IMG/VR virus record: IMGVR_UViG_2582581241_000004
DNA length: 47,094 nucleotides
Source of the DNA: a virus
Reading direction: 5' to 3' (one strand)
Shown here piece after piece: positions 1 to 9,665 of the stretch. The translations under genes and the position numbers were made by a program. The notes beneath the pieces are model-generated. The model worked only from the letters and a program-made list of their open reading frames with translations, did not search any database and was not told the DNA's origin. The stretch's first letter is position 1. The number at the start of each line of letters is the position of its first letter.

Positions 1-2858
1 GTTCCGAGATAGTCGATCGGCGTCTCGGGGATCTCGTCGTCGTATGTCAGCGCGCCAACGATGCCGTCGATGGCTCGCGGGCCGAGCTCCATGCGCCCGA
101 TGCAGACGGCGACGCCGTGGTGCTTGGCGAAATCCAGCCCGCGCAGGGCGCCGAAATGGACGGAGTCGAGATTGTCCGGAGGCCTCCAGTTGCGGTGCAT
201 CGACTCGCGGACCTTCTTCGTCGAGCCGACGATCACGCGGTCGTTGCCGAAGACGCCGCAGATGGACGAGATCGCCGTGCGGACGGCATAGAGGTTCTTC
301 GCCGCCCGCTCGCGCTTGCCGTCCTCGTCGGGATGTTTTTCGGGAATGAGGGCCGTGTCCGAATAGACCTGATCGATGACGCCGATCGTCCGCAGATGCA
401 AAGGCGCGTCGATATCGATGACGCGAAAATTCTTGTTGAACACCTTTCCCGCGATCTCGGGCGCCGCCGAGGCGTCCAGGAGCATCGTCGGGACGGCGGG
501 AAAATTCGTCTTCGACCGCCACGACACGCGGATGTATTCGTCGGATCCGTCCTTCAGCAGTTGAATTCTGGCGTCCGTGTCGCCCTTGGCGGACCGCGTG
601 AATTCGGCTTTGCCGCCGCCTTGCCGCTGCAATTGCTCGCTGAAGCGGTCGGATTTCAGCTTTTGATGGCGATCATCGACGATCGCCCAGAACCTCTTTT
701 CCGCCCATAGCCCCGTCAGCTTCGGCTGAGATGCGATCTCCTCGACGCCCTTGCGCGTGAGGTCCGGGCGCACAAGGCTGTAGGTGATGTCGGCCCGCGC
801 CATGACGCGGCGCACGGAATCGAGCAGCATCTCGCCGTCGGAGGCGTCGAGGAATGCGCGTGCGACGTCCCTGCCCGCCCGCAGCGCCTTCATCGCGATG
901 CCCACGGCCTTCTCTCTGGCCATCGAATGCTCCTCGGGCGCCGGCAGGACGACGCCGGCTTCCTTTGCCTTCCGCTGCTCCGTCTTCGTGTCGTAGGGAT
1001 CGGGACGCCCGATATCCAGCACGGCCGCGGCGAAGGTCTTCGCATCGACGAACTGGCCGAAGCACCGCTCGTCGATGACCAGCGCCTTCATCGACTTTTT
1101 GAGTTCCTTGGGCAGATTCTTGTCCAGAAACGCCATCGGCATGAAGACGACGTCGGCCAGATGCAGACGCCGGCGCTGATCCAGGGCCGGGCAGCCGACG
1201 AAATGCGGGCAGTAGACGGGCTCGCCCTGGTCGTCCTTCGCCTCGCACAGCCCCGCCGTGCCGACGCCGGCCTGCGTCAGAAGCTCGAGCTCCTCGGCGC
1301 GGGCGCAGCCGGCGCGGACCTTCCCCATGTAGACCTGCGTCCGAAGGCCCGGCGGAGCGCGTGAGACGGCTTCCTCTATGTTCTGATAGCTCGGCATCAT
1401 CATCACGATCGGGCCGCCGATCCGTCCGTTGTTCGCGATTTCCTCGCCGACGATGCGAACGAATGCGGACGTCTTTCCCGCGCCGGTCGGAGCCTTCAGG
1501 ATCACGTCGTCGGCTCGGACTCGTTTTTTTCTGACTTCGCCGAGCCAATCTCGGATCGCCTTCACGACGGATTTCGACGTCGCCTCCGTCACCTGCGACC
1601 GGTCCTCGAGGAGGGCGCGCCGCGCCGCCTTGTCGGGATCGGGCTTCGTCATCGCCAGGACTTCGAGCGGCTTTCTCTTCGCCGGCGCCAATGCCTTGAT
1701 ATCGGGATCGGGACCGGCGGGCTCCGGTTCGATGCGCGCCGGCGCATACACGCTGCCGTCCTCGGCTCGATAGATTCTCTTCGCCGTCAGCCGTCCCTCT
1801 GCGACGGCCTGCTTGGCGGAAAGCACGCGCTCCCGCGCCATGTCGACCAGCGACGTCTCCCACTTGCCTTCGATCCTGGCGTGATCGCGGAAGACCTGGA
1901 CGACGGATGAGTGGAGGGCCTCGAGGCCGGCGTCGGGATTGTGGGTCGCAAATCTGGCCGCGATCCAGTTGAGGAGCGTCTCGCGCCCGTCCACCGCCTT
2001 GCCGTCGATGTATTGCACGCCGGAAACGCGATCGGCACCGACCGGGACGACCAGATCCCCGACGACCGCGGGACGTTCATGGAACGCCTTCGCCCGCGCA
2101 CGCCGCCCGTCGTCGATCGGCGTGTATTCGCGGTCCAGCGCCTCGAAGAATGCGTCGAGCGCGTCCTGCGATATCAGGGGCGCCGTCTCGGGGCCGTGCA
2201 TGGACGGACGGCCCTCGGCCATCCATTGGAAATATGAACCGGTCTTGTGATGCCGCCCGTAGGCGGTGACCATCGAACCGTCGCCGAGAACCTCGACCGC
2301 GCCGATGTCGACGTATTTGCGGCTGACCTTGCGGAGTCGTTCGCCGTCCGCGTGGCGATAGAAGAGGACGATGCGCGGGGCGCGTCCGACGCGCTGGAAC
2401 GGCGTCCTTCCGAGATATTGCGCCGCGAGAGTCTGGATTTTCCGCGATGCGACGTCGTCGTCTATGTCGATATCGAGGGCGAATGCGTGTCCGGACGCGG
2501 CGCCGAGGACGATGGCGACGTTGGAGCCGGGCGCCATCAACGCCCAGTCGCGGATTTCGGCGTCGGTCGGGCGGACCGTCTGATACGGACGCCACTTTAT
2601 GGAATAGCCGCCGACGCGGGCCGTGCCGCGACCGTCGACGTGCTCCTGCGGCAGCACGGACCAGCCTTTGGCGACCATCGCCGGGCCGGCGGTTCCGAAT
2701 TGTACTTCGCCAAGACTGTACATGCGCTCGTTGGGAGAACGCGCGCGCGAGTCTTCGCTCACATGCGAGCGAACGACGGTTGCTTTCGAGAAGTCGAAGC
2801 CGCGAAATCCTTCTTCGGACGCGGCTGTATCGCTGTCGTCGTCTCCGGCAAGACTCAT
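1..2858 (-). CDS. Bifunctional primase-polymerase (Prim-Pol) fused to an SF2-like helicase/NTPase; 3' end lies outside the window
   Basis: Absent from the ORF track, consistent with no stop inside the window. Segments translated by hand from ATG 2858: MSLAGDDD...AMVAKGWSVLPQE...IKWRPYQ...EIRDW...NVAIVLGAASGHAFALDIDID (Prim-Pol DxD motif). Walker A-like LKAPTGAGKT at about 1499-1470 and the left-edge segment LTYDDEIPETPIDYLG are in the same frame. Confidence 0.8.
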   Translation of the reverse strand, partial: MSLAGDDDSDTAASEEGFRGFDFSKATVVRSHVSEDSRARSPNERMYSLGEVQFGTAGPAMVAKGWSVLPQEHVDGRGTARVGGYSIKWRPYQTVRPTDAEIRDWALMAPGSNVAIVLGAASGHAFALDIDIDDDVASRKIQTLAAQYLGRTPFQRVGRAPRIVLFYRHADGERLRKVSRKYVDIGAVEVLGDGSMVTAYGRHHKTGSYFQWMAEGRPSMHGPETAPLISQDALDAFFEALDREYTPIDDGRRARAKAFHERPAVVGDLVVPVGADRVSGVQYIDGKAVDGRETLLNWIAARFATHNPDAGLEALHSSVVQVFRDHARIEGKWETSLVDMARERVLSAKQAVAEGRLTAKRIYRAEDGSVYAPARIEPEPAGPDPDIKALAPAKRKPLEVLAMTKPDPDKAARRALLEDRSQVTEATSKSVVKAIRDWLGEVRKKRVRADDVILKAPTGAGKTSAFVRIVGEEIANNGRIGGPIVMMMPSYQNIEEAVSRAPPGLRTQVYMGKVRAGCARAEELELLTQAGVGTAGLCEAKDDQGEPVYCPHFVGCPALDQRRRLHLADVVFMPMAFLDKNLPKELKKSMKALVIDERCFGQFVDAKTFAAAVLDIGRPDPYDTKTEQRKAKEAGVVLPAPEEHSMAREKAVGIAMKALRAGRDVARAFLDASDGEMLLDSVRRVMARADITYSLVRPDLTRKGVEEIASQPKLTGLWAEKRFWAIVDDRHQKLKSDRFSEQLQRQGGGKAEFTRSAKGDTDARIQLLKDGSDEYIRVSWRSKTNFPAVPTMLLDASAAPEIAGKVFNKNFRVIDIDAPLHLRTIGVIDQVYSDTALIPEKHPDEDGKRERAAKNLYAVRTAISSICGVFGNDRVIVGSTKKVRESMHRNWRPPDNLDSVHFGALRGLDFAKHHGVAVCIGRMELGPRAIDGIVGALTYDDEIPETPIDYLG

Positions 2859-3009
2859 CGGTCACCAGTATTGCGCTTTGCGCGTCATCGATTTTTGCGT
2901 TTGGAACGGGCCATTTCTTCGAGGTTCCGGGCACGAACGACGGAGAAAACGCGGCTGAAAGACATTGTGAATCCATGCCTTGCATCCGTCAAGTTCATCC
3001 GTCCATCCG

Positions 3010-3057
3010 AAAAACCATTTTGAATTTTCGCACGCGTGATTCACCTGTCGAATCATG
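3010..3057 (+). promoter_or_regulatory. Repeated promoter-like motif, copy A, abutting the ruvC-like ATG
   Basis: AAAAACCATTTTGAATTTTCGCACGCGTGATTCACCTGTCGAATC-ATG; 41/48 identical to 36201-36248 and colinear with 9575-9619. Confidence 0.7.
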
Positions 3058-3624
3058 TCGAATTCTTCTCGAAAGATCCTTGCTCTCGATCTCGCACGCG
3101 TCATGGGCGCCGCGTGGCGTGATGGCGACGGTCGCATCGTCACGCGAGCGTTCGTTCTCGGCAAGGAAGGCCTGAGATACGTCCCGGCGCATCTCGTCGA
3201 ACTGGAAAAGATCGTCGCGGATCTGATCGACGAGTCCGGATGCGATGTCGTTTCCATCGAGAAGGACTTCGGGCGCGGAAAGGGCTCGACGACGCTTCGC
3301 TCATATCACGCCATCGCCAGGGCGGGCGCGCAGCGCAAAGGGGCGACTCCGCTCTGCGAGATCATGCCTTCGACAGCGCGCAAGCTCGCTCTCGGATACG
3401 GCGGCGGATCGAAGCCCGAGGTCGAGCGCCGGGCGAGAACTCTCATTCCCGAGACGGTCGGAAAGACGAACGACGAAGTGGACGCCGCGATTCTTCTGGT
3501 CGCGACGGAGGTCCGTCTCGCCGAACAGGAACGTCTCGCGGAAATCAGGAAGGCCGCGGCGAAAGCCGAGCGGGCGACGAAGGCGCTCGCAAGGCGCGCA
3601 GCGAAGGAAAGGGCAACGTCATGA
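3055..3624 (+). CDS. RuvC-like Holliday junction resolvase (phage type)
   Basis: ILALDLA (catalytic D), VVSIEK (E), KxEV and NDEVDA (D/D) in RNase H-fold resolvase spacing. Confidence 0.75.
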   Translation: MSNSSRKILALDLARVMGAAWRDGDGRIVTRAFVLGKEGLRYVPAHLVELEKIVADLIDESGCDVVSIEKDFGRGKGSTTLRSYHAIARAGAQRKGATPLCEIMPSTARKLALGYGGGSKPEVERRARTLIPETVGKTNDEVDAAILLVATEVRLAEQERLAEIRKAAAKAERATKALARRAAKERATS

Positions 3625-4637
3625 ACAGAAACTATTTCATCGGGCGGATAAAGCGCGCCCTGTTCGCCGGGCGCATCGGGCAGGCGCAGATCGACGGGAT
3701 CAATTTCCTGCTCGACGTGCGCGAGCAGCGGTTCCCCAAGGTCGGGATATACGAACTGGCATACGTGCTGGCGACGATCTTTCACGAGACCGGCGCCGCG
3801 ATGCGGCCGGTTAAGGAAAAGGGCGGCAACGCCTACTACACGAAGATGTACGACATTCGGGGATCGCGTCCTGAAGTCGCGAAACGTCTCGGCAATGTGC
3901 ATCCCGGCGACGGCTCGAAATTCCCCGGCATGGGCTACGTCCAGAACACGGGGCGCCGCAACGCGCATGTCGCGTCGCTGATCATCGCGGAAATCCTCGG
4001 CGAGAAGGTGGACTTCGAGGCGAGCCCCGCGCTGTTGATGCAGCCGAAATATTCCGCCATCCTGGCCTTCTACGGGATGATCCACGGTTCCTACACCGGC
4101 AGGAAGCTGTCGGATTACATCTCGGACGAGCATCGGGACTACGAAGGCGCGAGACACATCATCAACGGCACGGATCGGGCGAAGCTCATCGCCGGCTACG
4201 CCGAATCCTTCCTCGACGCGCTGAAGCAGGCCGAGGAACAGCCGTCCGCGAAGCCGATCGTCTTCGCTCCCGCTGCGCCCGCCGAGACTCCAGCGTCAAC
4301 GGACGATACGACGCCCGTTCCTGCGGAGTCGCCGGTGAAGGACGACGCCGCAGTCGATCTCGACTCCGGAGCGACCGGCAAGAGCTTGCTGAAGTCGAAG
4401 ACGGCTATCGGCTCCATCGCCAGCGGCGTGGTCGGCGTGACGACCGCGACGAAGGCGATCACCGACAACGCGCAGACGGTCATCGATACGGCCAATCAGG
4501 CGAAGGACACGGCGTCGGCTGCATGGACGCTGGCGTCGGGCCTGGGACCATGGGTCGTGGCGATTGTCGTGATCGTCGCCGCCGTGGGAATCGTCGTCCT
4601 GGAACGCCGTCGGCACTCGGTGGAATACGGAGTCTGA
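3621..4637 (+). CDS. Endolysin, GH19/lysozyme-like, with a C-terminal membrane segment
   Basis: Start taken at ATG 3621 (MNRNYF), overlapping the upstream stop. AYVLATIFHETG, LGNVHPGDGSKFPGMGYVQNTGRRN and ARHIING match GH19-type phage lysins; hydrophobic WVVAIVVIVAAVGIVVL near the C-terminus. Confidence 0.8.
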   Translation: MNRNYFIGRIKRALFAGRIGQAQIDGINFLLDVREQRFPKVGIYELAYVLATIFHETGAAMRPVKEKGGNAYYTKMYDIRGSRPEVAKRLGNVHPGDGSKFPGMGYVQNTGRRNAHVASLIIAEILGEKVDFEASPALLMQPKYSAILAFYGMIHGSYTGRKLSDYISDEHRDYEGARHIINGTDRAKLIAGYAESFLDALKQAEEQPSAKPIVFAPAAPAETPASTDDTTPVPAESPVKDDAAVDLDSGATGKSLLKSKTAIGSIASGVVGVTTATKAITDNAQTVIDTANQAKDTASAAWTLASGLGPWVVAIVVIVAAVGIVVLERRRHSVEYGV

Positions 4638-4642
4638 TCGCC

Positions 4643-4786
4643 ATGTGGAAGCTCGGCGACGCCTCCTTCGTAATCCTTGTCGTCGCGGGGCTGGTCGCGG
4701 CTCCCGAGGCGACGCTCGCATTTGCCGCCGGCGCGGTCGTCGGCTGGTTCACCGCTCTCGTCGGCTCTTACGGAGAGGAAGCATGA
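4643..4786 (+). CDS. Small membrane protein, possible holin
   Basis: 47 aa, almost wholly hydrophobic (MWKLGDASFVILVVAGLVAA...), between endolysin and spanins. Confidence 0.45.
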   Translation: MWKLGDASFVILVVAGLVAAPEATLAFAAGAVVGWFTALVGSYGEEA

Positions 4787-5220
4787 TCGGGGCGCTGTTC
4801 GGAAGCTTCGGACTTCTCGCCGGCGTCGGCGGCGCCGCGGCGTCCTTCGTCTATCTGCCGCCGGGGTTCAAGCAGGCCGGCATCGCGGCGGCCGTCGCCA
4901 TCGGCGTCGGCACGGCGTCGTTCGGCGCGGGATGGCAGCACGGGTTCGATTCCGCCGACGCCAAGCGGAAGACCGAGATCGCGGCGATCAACGACGCCAA
5001 TTCGAAGCTCGTCGCAAAAGCGAGGAACGACGCGGACGCCAAGGCGCGGGCGGATATCGCCGCCGCGCAGGAGGAGGCCGCGAAGGACGCCGCCGTCGAA
5101 CGCGAAGCCAACGCGCAATTGCAGGCGGCGCTGTCGGTATTGGGCAAGGCTCCAAAGGCCGAGCGCGACCGCAAGGCGCCTGCGTTCCTCGTCTGCGCCG
5201 CAAGAGGAGACTGCAAGTGA
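4783..5220 (+). CDS. Inner-membrane spanin (Rz-like)
   Basis: ATG 4783 after GAGG; N-terminal hydrophobic segments then an Ala-rich coiled coil; followed by an overlapping lipoprotein gene. Confidence 0.6.
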   Translation: MIGALFGSFGLLAGVGGAAASFVYLPPGFKQAGIAAAVAIGVGTASFGAGWQHGFDSADAKRKTEIAAINDANSKLVAKARNDADAKARADIAAAQEEAAKDAAVEREANAQLQAALSVLGKAPKAERDRKAPAFLVCAARGDCK

Positions 5221-5531
5221 AGGTCTCTCTCACACTGAAGAAGGTCTCCGTCACCGGCATCTGCGCCGTCGCGCTTTCGGGCTGCGCGCATGATTTGGTG
5301 GTGCTGCCGCCGCCCGATGTTCCCGTTCCGCGCATCGCCGACGCCGCCCGCGCCGCGAAGTTGAAAATGGATTGCCCTGAGCGTCCGAAACCGAAGGTCG
5401 GCGCCACGGAAGGCGAAATGGCGGAATGGTCGGCGCGGATCGTGCGCTCATACGACATCTGCTTCCGCCGCAACGATGCGAAGGCGAGGTTGATCGAGGG
5501 CGAAGCGGTTCTCGGCGGAGGTGGCAAGTGA
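5217..5531 (+). CDS. Outer-membrane spanin lipoprotein (Rz1-like)
   Basis: GTG 5217 overlapping the upstream TGA; lipobox VALSG-C followed by a Pro-rich segment. Confidence 0.65.
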   Translation: MKVSLTLKKVSVTGICAVALSGCAHDLVVLPPPDVPVPRIADAARAAKLKMDCPERPKPKVGATEGEMAEWSARIVRSYDICFRRNDAKARLIEGEAVLGGGGK

Positions 5532-6037
5532 GTCTTCTCGATCTCTTTGGAATACGCCCGACCGTCGATGCCAACTCATTCGTCATCGGAAAGGTGGATG
5601 AAGCGGTCTCCCAATTGAACAAGGCAGTTGAGGAACTGCGCGCCGAAAACAAGAACCTCATCGACAGAATGGGAGAACGTTCAACCATGTTCGCGAAGCT
5701 GGAAATGACGCTGACCCAGCTTCACAAGAGTGTGGAATCGATGCGCTCCGATATCGCCACCAACAACACGGCGATGAAGTCGGAGGTCGACAAGCTCGAG
5801 AAGAGAATCGAAACCCTCGAGCACGACGCTGCCAACGAGACGGACTCGGAGAAGCTTCGCGACTTCGTCGCAAGGCTCGAAGTGATCGAGAAGGACGTCG
5901 CGGCGATAAAGCTCGCCGCAGCCGAAGCGCGCGGCGGCGTCAAGGTTGCCGGCTGGGTCGGCAAAACCGCGGGAGCCGGCGCGTTTGCCGCGCTGGGCGC
6001 CGCAGTCAAATACACCTTCGACCATCTTACCAAGTGA
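5528..6037 (+). CDS. Coiled-coil protein with hydrophobic C-terminus
   Basis: GTG 5528 (GTGA overlap); heptad-rich body and Gly/Ala-rich hydrophobic tail. Confidence 0.55.
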   Translation: MSLLDLFGIRPTVDANSFVIGKVDEAVSQLNKAVEELRAENKNLIDRMGERSTMFAKLEMTLTQLHKSVESMRSDIATNNTAMKSEVDKLEKRIETLEHDAANETDSEKLRDFVARLEVIEKDVAAIKLAAAEARGGVKVAGWVGKTAGAGAFAALGAAVKYTFDHLTK

Positions 6038-6045
6038 GGATCATC

Positions 6046-6630
6046 ATGACAGACAACACGACCACATCTCCCCTTCAGGAACTCGCCGATCTGGCGCCGC
6101 TGCAATTCGTGTCGGCGAAGACGCCTGTGGACGATGCTGCGCCCGCACAGCCGGCATTGAAGCTGACGGTCGACGTCCCAGTTCCCGCGCCCGTGGCTTC
6201 CACGGAGGACGCGCCGGCTCCCGTCGCTACGGCTCCCGCACCGGCGACGGATTCCACGGATGCACCGGTCGTCGCCGACGCGTCCACGACTTCCGACGCC
6301 TCGGTGGAACCGCTCTCCTTCGTGGCCGCCGAAGAGCCGGCTCTGGAACCGGTGGCGGCCTTCAAAACTTCGGCGCCGTCCAATGAACTCGTCGCACTGA
6401 GAAGCCGCGTCGCCGAACTGGAGGACGAGCTCGCCGACGCGAAATCGCGGATTCCTCCCGACGTCGGGTCGGAGGAGTTCTCGCAGTGGCTGTCCGAGCG
6501 GTTCGACGGCGGCTACGCGATCTCGCGCGTGTTCGATATCGGGAGGGACCATTCGACCGTCCTCGAAATCGTCTCCCGCGATGGTTTCGGCGGCAAGATC
6601 ACGTTCTCCCGCCTCGAAAAGGTCGCATGA
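6046..6630 (+). CDS. Hypothetical protein with Ala/Pro/Thr-rich N-terminus
   Basis: ATG 6046 after GAGGA; continues the operon. Confidence 0.6.
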   Translation: MTDNTTTSPLQELADLAPLQFVSAKTPVDDAAPAQPALKLTVDVPVPAPVASTEDAPAPVATAPAPATDSTDAPVVADASTTSDASVEPLSFVAAEEPALEPVAAFKTSAPSNELVALRSRVAELEDELADAKSRIPPDVGSEEFSQWLSERFDGGYAISRVFDIGRDHSTVLEIVSRDGFGGKITFSRLEKVA

Positions 6631-6634
6631 CGCC

Positions 6635-6850
6635 ATGCCGAAGGCGACGACCATCGTCACCGATCACGCGCTCGTCAGATGGCTGGAGCGCGTGAAAGGC
6701 GTCGATGTCGAGGCTTTCCGAAAGGAGATCGCCGAGACGGTCGCAACGGGGACGTCCCTGGGGGCGACCGGCGTCAAGGCGCCCGACGGATTCCTCTACG
6801 TGCTCGATCCCCGGCGGAAGTCGGTGATCACTGTGAGGCCAAGGAAATAG
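6635..6850 (+). CDS. Small phage hypothetical protein (TDHALVRWLER motif)
   Basis: ATG 6635; operon packing; motif typical of small phage proteins. Confidence 0.6.
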   Translation: MPKATTIVTDHALVRWLERVKGVDVEAFRKEIAETVATGTSLGATGVKAPDGFLYVLDPRRKSVITVRPRK

Positions 6851-6862
6851 AGGGAGGCGATC

Positions 6863-7303
6863 ATGCAGGACGCTTACTGGCCCGTGTTCATCGCCTTTCT
6901 CGGCATCGTCGTCCTGCTCTATCTCCTCGGCCATCCGAGACTGATGCTCGCCGCCATCCTCGCCATGATCGTCGCCTGCAACTACGCGGAATTCGCGCAC
7001 GCCGACGAGATCCAATGCTTCCCGGTTCCCGTCGCCATCGAACGCCAGAAGGTGCTGGGGCGGAAGGCGCTGCACATCGAGGGGAATGCCGCGCTGGATC
7101 TGCGGACGACCTTTCGAAGGACCGGGCAGATCGGCGGCGACGGGGATTCCTATCTCGCCGTCATCGACAGGCGCGGCGTCGTCTTCGTGCCTGTGATCGA
7201 CGGCCACGCCTGCACGGGCCTTCCACTGCCGGTCGTCCAGCCTGGGCAGGAAGCCGACTTCCTGAAGGCGTTTCGGCTTCATCGAACAATGGATCGGGCA
7301 TGA
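6863..7303 (+). CDS. Hypothetical membrane protein
   Basis: GGAGG RBS; two N-terminal hydrophobic helices. Confidence 0.6.
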   Translation: MQDAYWPVFIAFLGIVVLLYLLGHPRLMLAAILAMIVACNYAEFAHADEIQCFPVPVAIERQKVLGRKALHIEGNAALDLRTTFRRTGQIGGDGDSYLAVIDRRGVVFVPVIDGHACTGLPLPVVQPGQEADFLKAFRLHRTMDRA

Positions 7304-9318
7304 GAACTGAAAAACAGCGCAGTCTCGTTCTCAAGCTGCATGTCGAAGGCGTCTCGAAGCACGCCATCGCGAAGCGCACCGGCGTCCCTCGCAGCACCGT
7401 CCAGGAATGGATCAAGAAGGCGACGCTCGATGACGACTACGGCGCGCTGCTGGATTCCATGATCGGCGAGGACGACGAACCGATCCCGACGCCAAAACCC
7501 GTCGCGCCGGCGGAACCCGAGCCCGATTTTCCACCGCCGCCCGAAGCCGACGACGACGATTTGCCGCTGCCGCCGACCGTGGATCCGGTCGCTCCTGCCG
7601 ATCCGCCGTCGGCGCCGCGAGTCGTCGGCTACGACAATTGCACGATTTCCGCCATCGCCGATCAGGACAACGAGCCTCCGTCCGCAGCCGACGAGGAGGA
7701 GATCGACTTCCCGTCGAATTCCGAACTCGACTGGTGCGAGCAGACCCGCGAGGGCTGGATTCACTACGGCGGCATGGATGTCGTCGGCGAAGGAAGGAAC
7801 AAGGCGGCGCAATACGATCCCGGCGTCGTGTTTCCGGCGGGATGGAGCGGCCCGTTTCTCCACGACGCGCCCGCAATCGCCGCGCGCCGCCCCGACGGCG
7901 TGAAGCGGTGGCTGCTGACGGCGGCGCAGAACGAGACGCCCGCGCACGGACCGGCGCTGGTGAATCTCCTGGCGCTCTCGCAATTCCTCGGCGCCGAATT
8001 CCGCGTCGGCAAGTTCACCTACAATCGCGACTGGTATTCCGCGATTTTCGGCGGACGCGGCATGGACGAGCGCGTGAAGAAGAAGAACGTCCGCGTCCGC
8101 CCCTATTCGTCGAACCTCGAACAGTGGCTGACCAAGGATCGCCTCGAACTCTCGGAAACGATCGTCCACTGCGCCGAGGTGAACATCATTCCCACGGCGG
8201 AACGTCCTCTTTCGGGCTTGCTGACATACGGGCGCGGGAAGTCCACCGTGTTCTCGCATCCCAAGCAGGAACTCGAAAGCATTCCGCGCTCGCCCGAAAA
8301 GGTTCCCGTCGTCGCGATGACGACCGGCGTGGTCACATGCCACAACTACGTTCCGCTCAAGGCCGGCTACAAGGCGTCATTCCACCACGTCATCGGCGCG
8401 CTGCTGATCGAGGTCGACGCGGACGGATACGTCTATTCGCAGCATGTCCACTGCGATCCCGCCGACGGCCGCCTACAGGTCTACGATGTCGTCGTCGATC
8501 GGGGCGTCGTCACGACCGGAAATCGGATCGCGGGCATGTCGCTCGGCGACACCCATGTGGAGCACGTCGACACCGACGCGGTGGAGGCCGTGCAGGTCGC
8601 CATCGACCGTCTCCAGCCGGCGCACGTCTTCTCGCACGACACGACCGACTTCTATGCGCGCAACCACCACACCCGCAACGATCCCTGGCATGCGTTCGAG
8701 GTCGAAAGGGACGGTCGGCGCGTCGAGCATTGCTTTCGGCAGGCGGCGGATTTCCTGTCGTCGTTGCGGAGGAACTTCCTTGCCGTCCACGCCATCGAGT
8801 CCAATCACGATCTCGCATTCTCCAGATGGCTTCGCGAGACGGATTGGCGGACGGACCCGCAGAACGCCGAGCTTCATCTCGAGGCGAACCTGCGGATGCT
8901 GCGAGCAATCAAGGCGAAGGAACGCTTCAGCATCTGGGAATGGGCCATCCGCCGCGCCGGCGTCGATCTGGACGGCGTCGAATTCATTCTCGCCGACGAG
9001 GGGTTCGCTCTCGCAGGCGTCGAATGCGGCTGGCACGGCGACAACGGCCCGAACGGATCTCGGGGATCCTCGGTGTCCTTCATGAAGTTGGCCGAGAAGG
9101 TAGCGCATGGACATACGCACACGGCGTTCAAGCGGCAGGGCGTCGCCAGCGGCGGCACGATTCAACAGATGATGCCGAAATACGCTCGCGGCCCGTCGTC
9201 GTGGTCTCAGTCGTTCGTCGCGGTCTATCCGAACGGCCAGACGGGGATCTGCTTCATCCACGACGGTCGCGCCTTCGCGAGCGGGCGGAAGCGGACACAA
9301 CGGAGGGCAGCGGCATGA
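7300..9318 (+). CDS. T5 A1-like calcineurin-type phosphoesterase/nuclease with N-terminal HTH
   Basis: ATG 7300; HTH (SKHAIAKRTGVPRSTVQEW); acidic Pro-rich linker; TAAQNET, TTGVVT..NY..KAG.KA.FHH, GDTH, HD..DF..RNHH, SNHD, HGD.G.NG.RGS, HGHTH, GPSSWS..YPNG as recalled for A1 homologues. Confidence 0.7.
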   Translation: MRTEKQRSLVLKLHVEGVSKHAIAKRTGVPRSTVQEWIKKATLDDDYGALLDSMIGEDDEPIPTPKPVAPAEPEPDFPPPPEADDDDLPLPPTVDPVAPADPPSAPRVVGYDNCTISAIADQDNEPPSAADEEEIDFPSNSELDWCEQTREGWIHYGGMDVVGEGRNKAAQYDPGVVFPAGWSGPFLHDAPAIAARRPDGVKRWLLTAAQNETPAHGPALVNLLALSQFLGAEFRVGKFTYNRDWYSAIFGGRGMDERVKKKNVRVRPYSSNLEQWLTKDRLELSETIVHCAEVNIIPTAERPLSGLLTYGRGKSTVFSHPKQELESIPRSPEKVPVVAMTTGVVTCHNYVPLKAGYKASFHHVIGALLIEVDADGYVYSQHVHCDPADGRLQVYDVVVDRGVVTTGNRIAGMSLGDTHVEHVDTDAVEAVQVAIDRLQPAHVFSHDTTDFYARNHHTRNDPWHAFEVERDGRRVEHCFRQAADFLSSLRRNFLAVHAIESNHDLAFSRWLRETDWRTDPQNAELHLEANLRMLRAIKAKERFSIWEWAIRRAGVDLDGVEFILADEGFALAGVECGWHGDNGPNGSRGSSVSFMKLAEKVAHGHTHTAFKRQGVASGGTIQQMMPKYARGPSSWSQSFVAVYPNGQTGICFIHDGRAFASGRKRTQRRAAA

Positions 9319-9575
9319 CGGAGGAACGCAAGGTCGTCGCGCTGCGGGGCGGACGGCAGGATACCGCAGGCGAGGTCGTCATATTCCTTCAGGATCTCCT
9401 GAAGCGGGCGCGCAACGGCGAGATCATCGGCCTCGTCGCAGGCGTCGTCTCGGGGGACGACGAGACGGTATCCTTCGAATGCGGATACGCCGCCGACGGA
9501 TGCTCTCTCGCCGATCTTGTCGTCGCCGCGAAGATGGCCGGAGACGACGTCTTCTCGGACATCGCGGACGCCTAA
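9315..9575 (+). CDS. Hypothetical protein
   Basis: ATGA overlap with the upstream stop; MTEERKVVALRGG... Confidence 0.6.
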   Translation: MTEERKVVALRGGRQDTAGEVVIFLQDLLKRARNGEIIGLVAGVVSGDDETVSFECGYAADGCSLADLVVAAKMAGDDVFSDIADA

Positions 9576-9619
9576 AAAATCGCTTTGCATTTTCACGGCG
9601 AGGATTCACCCGTTGATTC
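9575..9619 (+). promoter_or_regulatory. Repeated promoter-like motif, copy C
   Basis: AAAAATCGCTTTGCATTTTCACGGCGAGGATTCACCCGTTGATTC; same spacing as copies A and B. Confidence 0.65.
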
Positions 9620-9665
9620 GTCGCGAATTGAAAAGCGCACGTCGACGCAGACAAGGAATCCGAAA

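Noticed and set aside
6046-7700. Pro/Ala-rich stretches as DNA tandem repeats
   Set aside because: Low complexity is at the protein level (linkers); no exact nucleotide periodicity seen.
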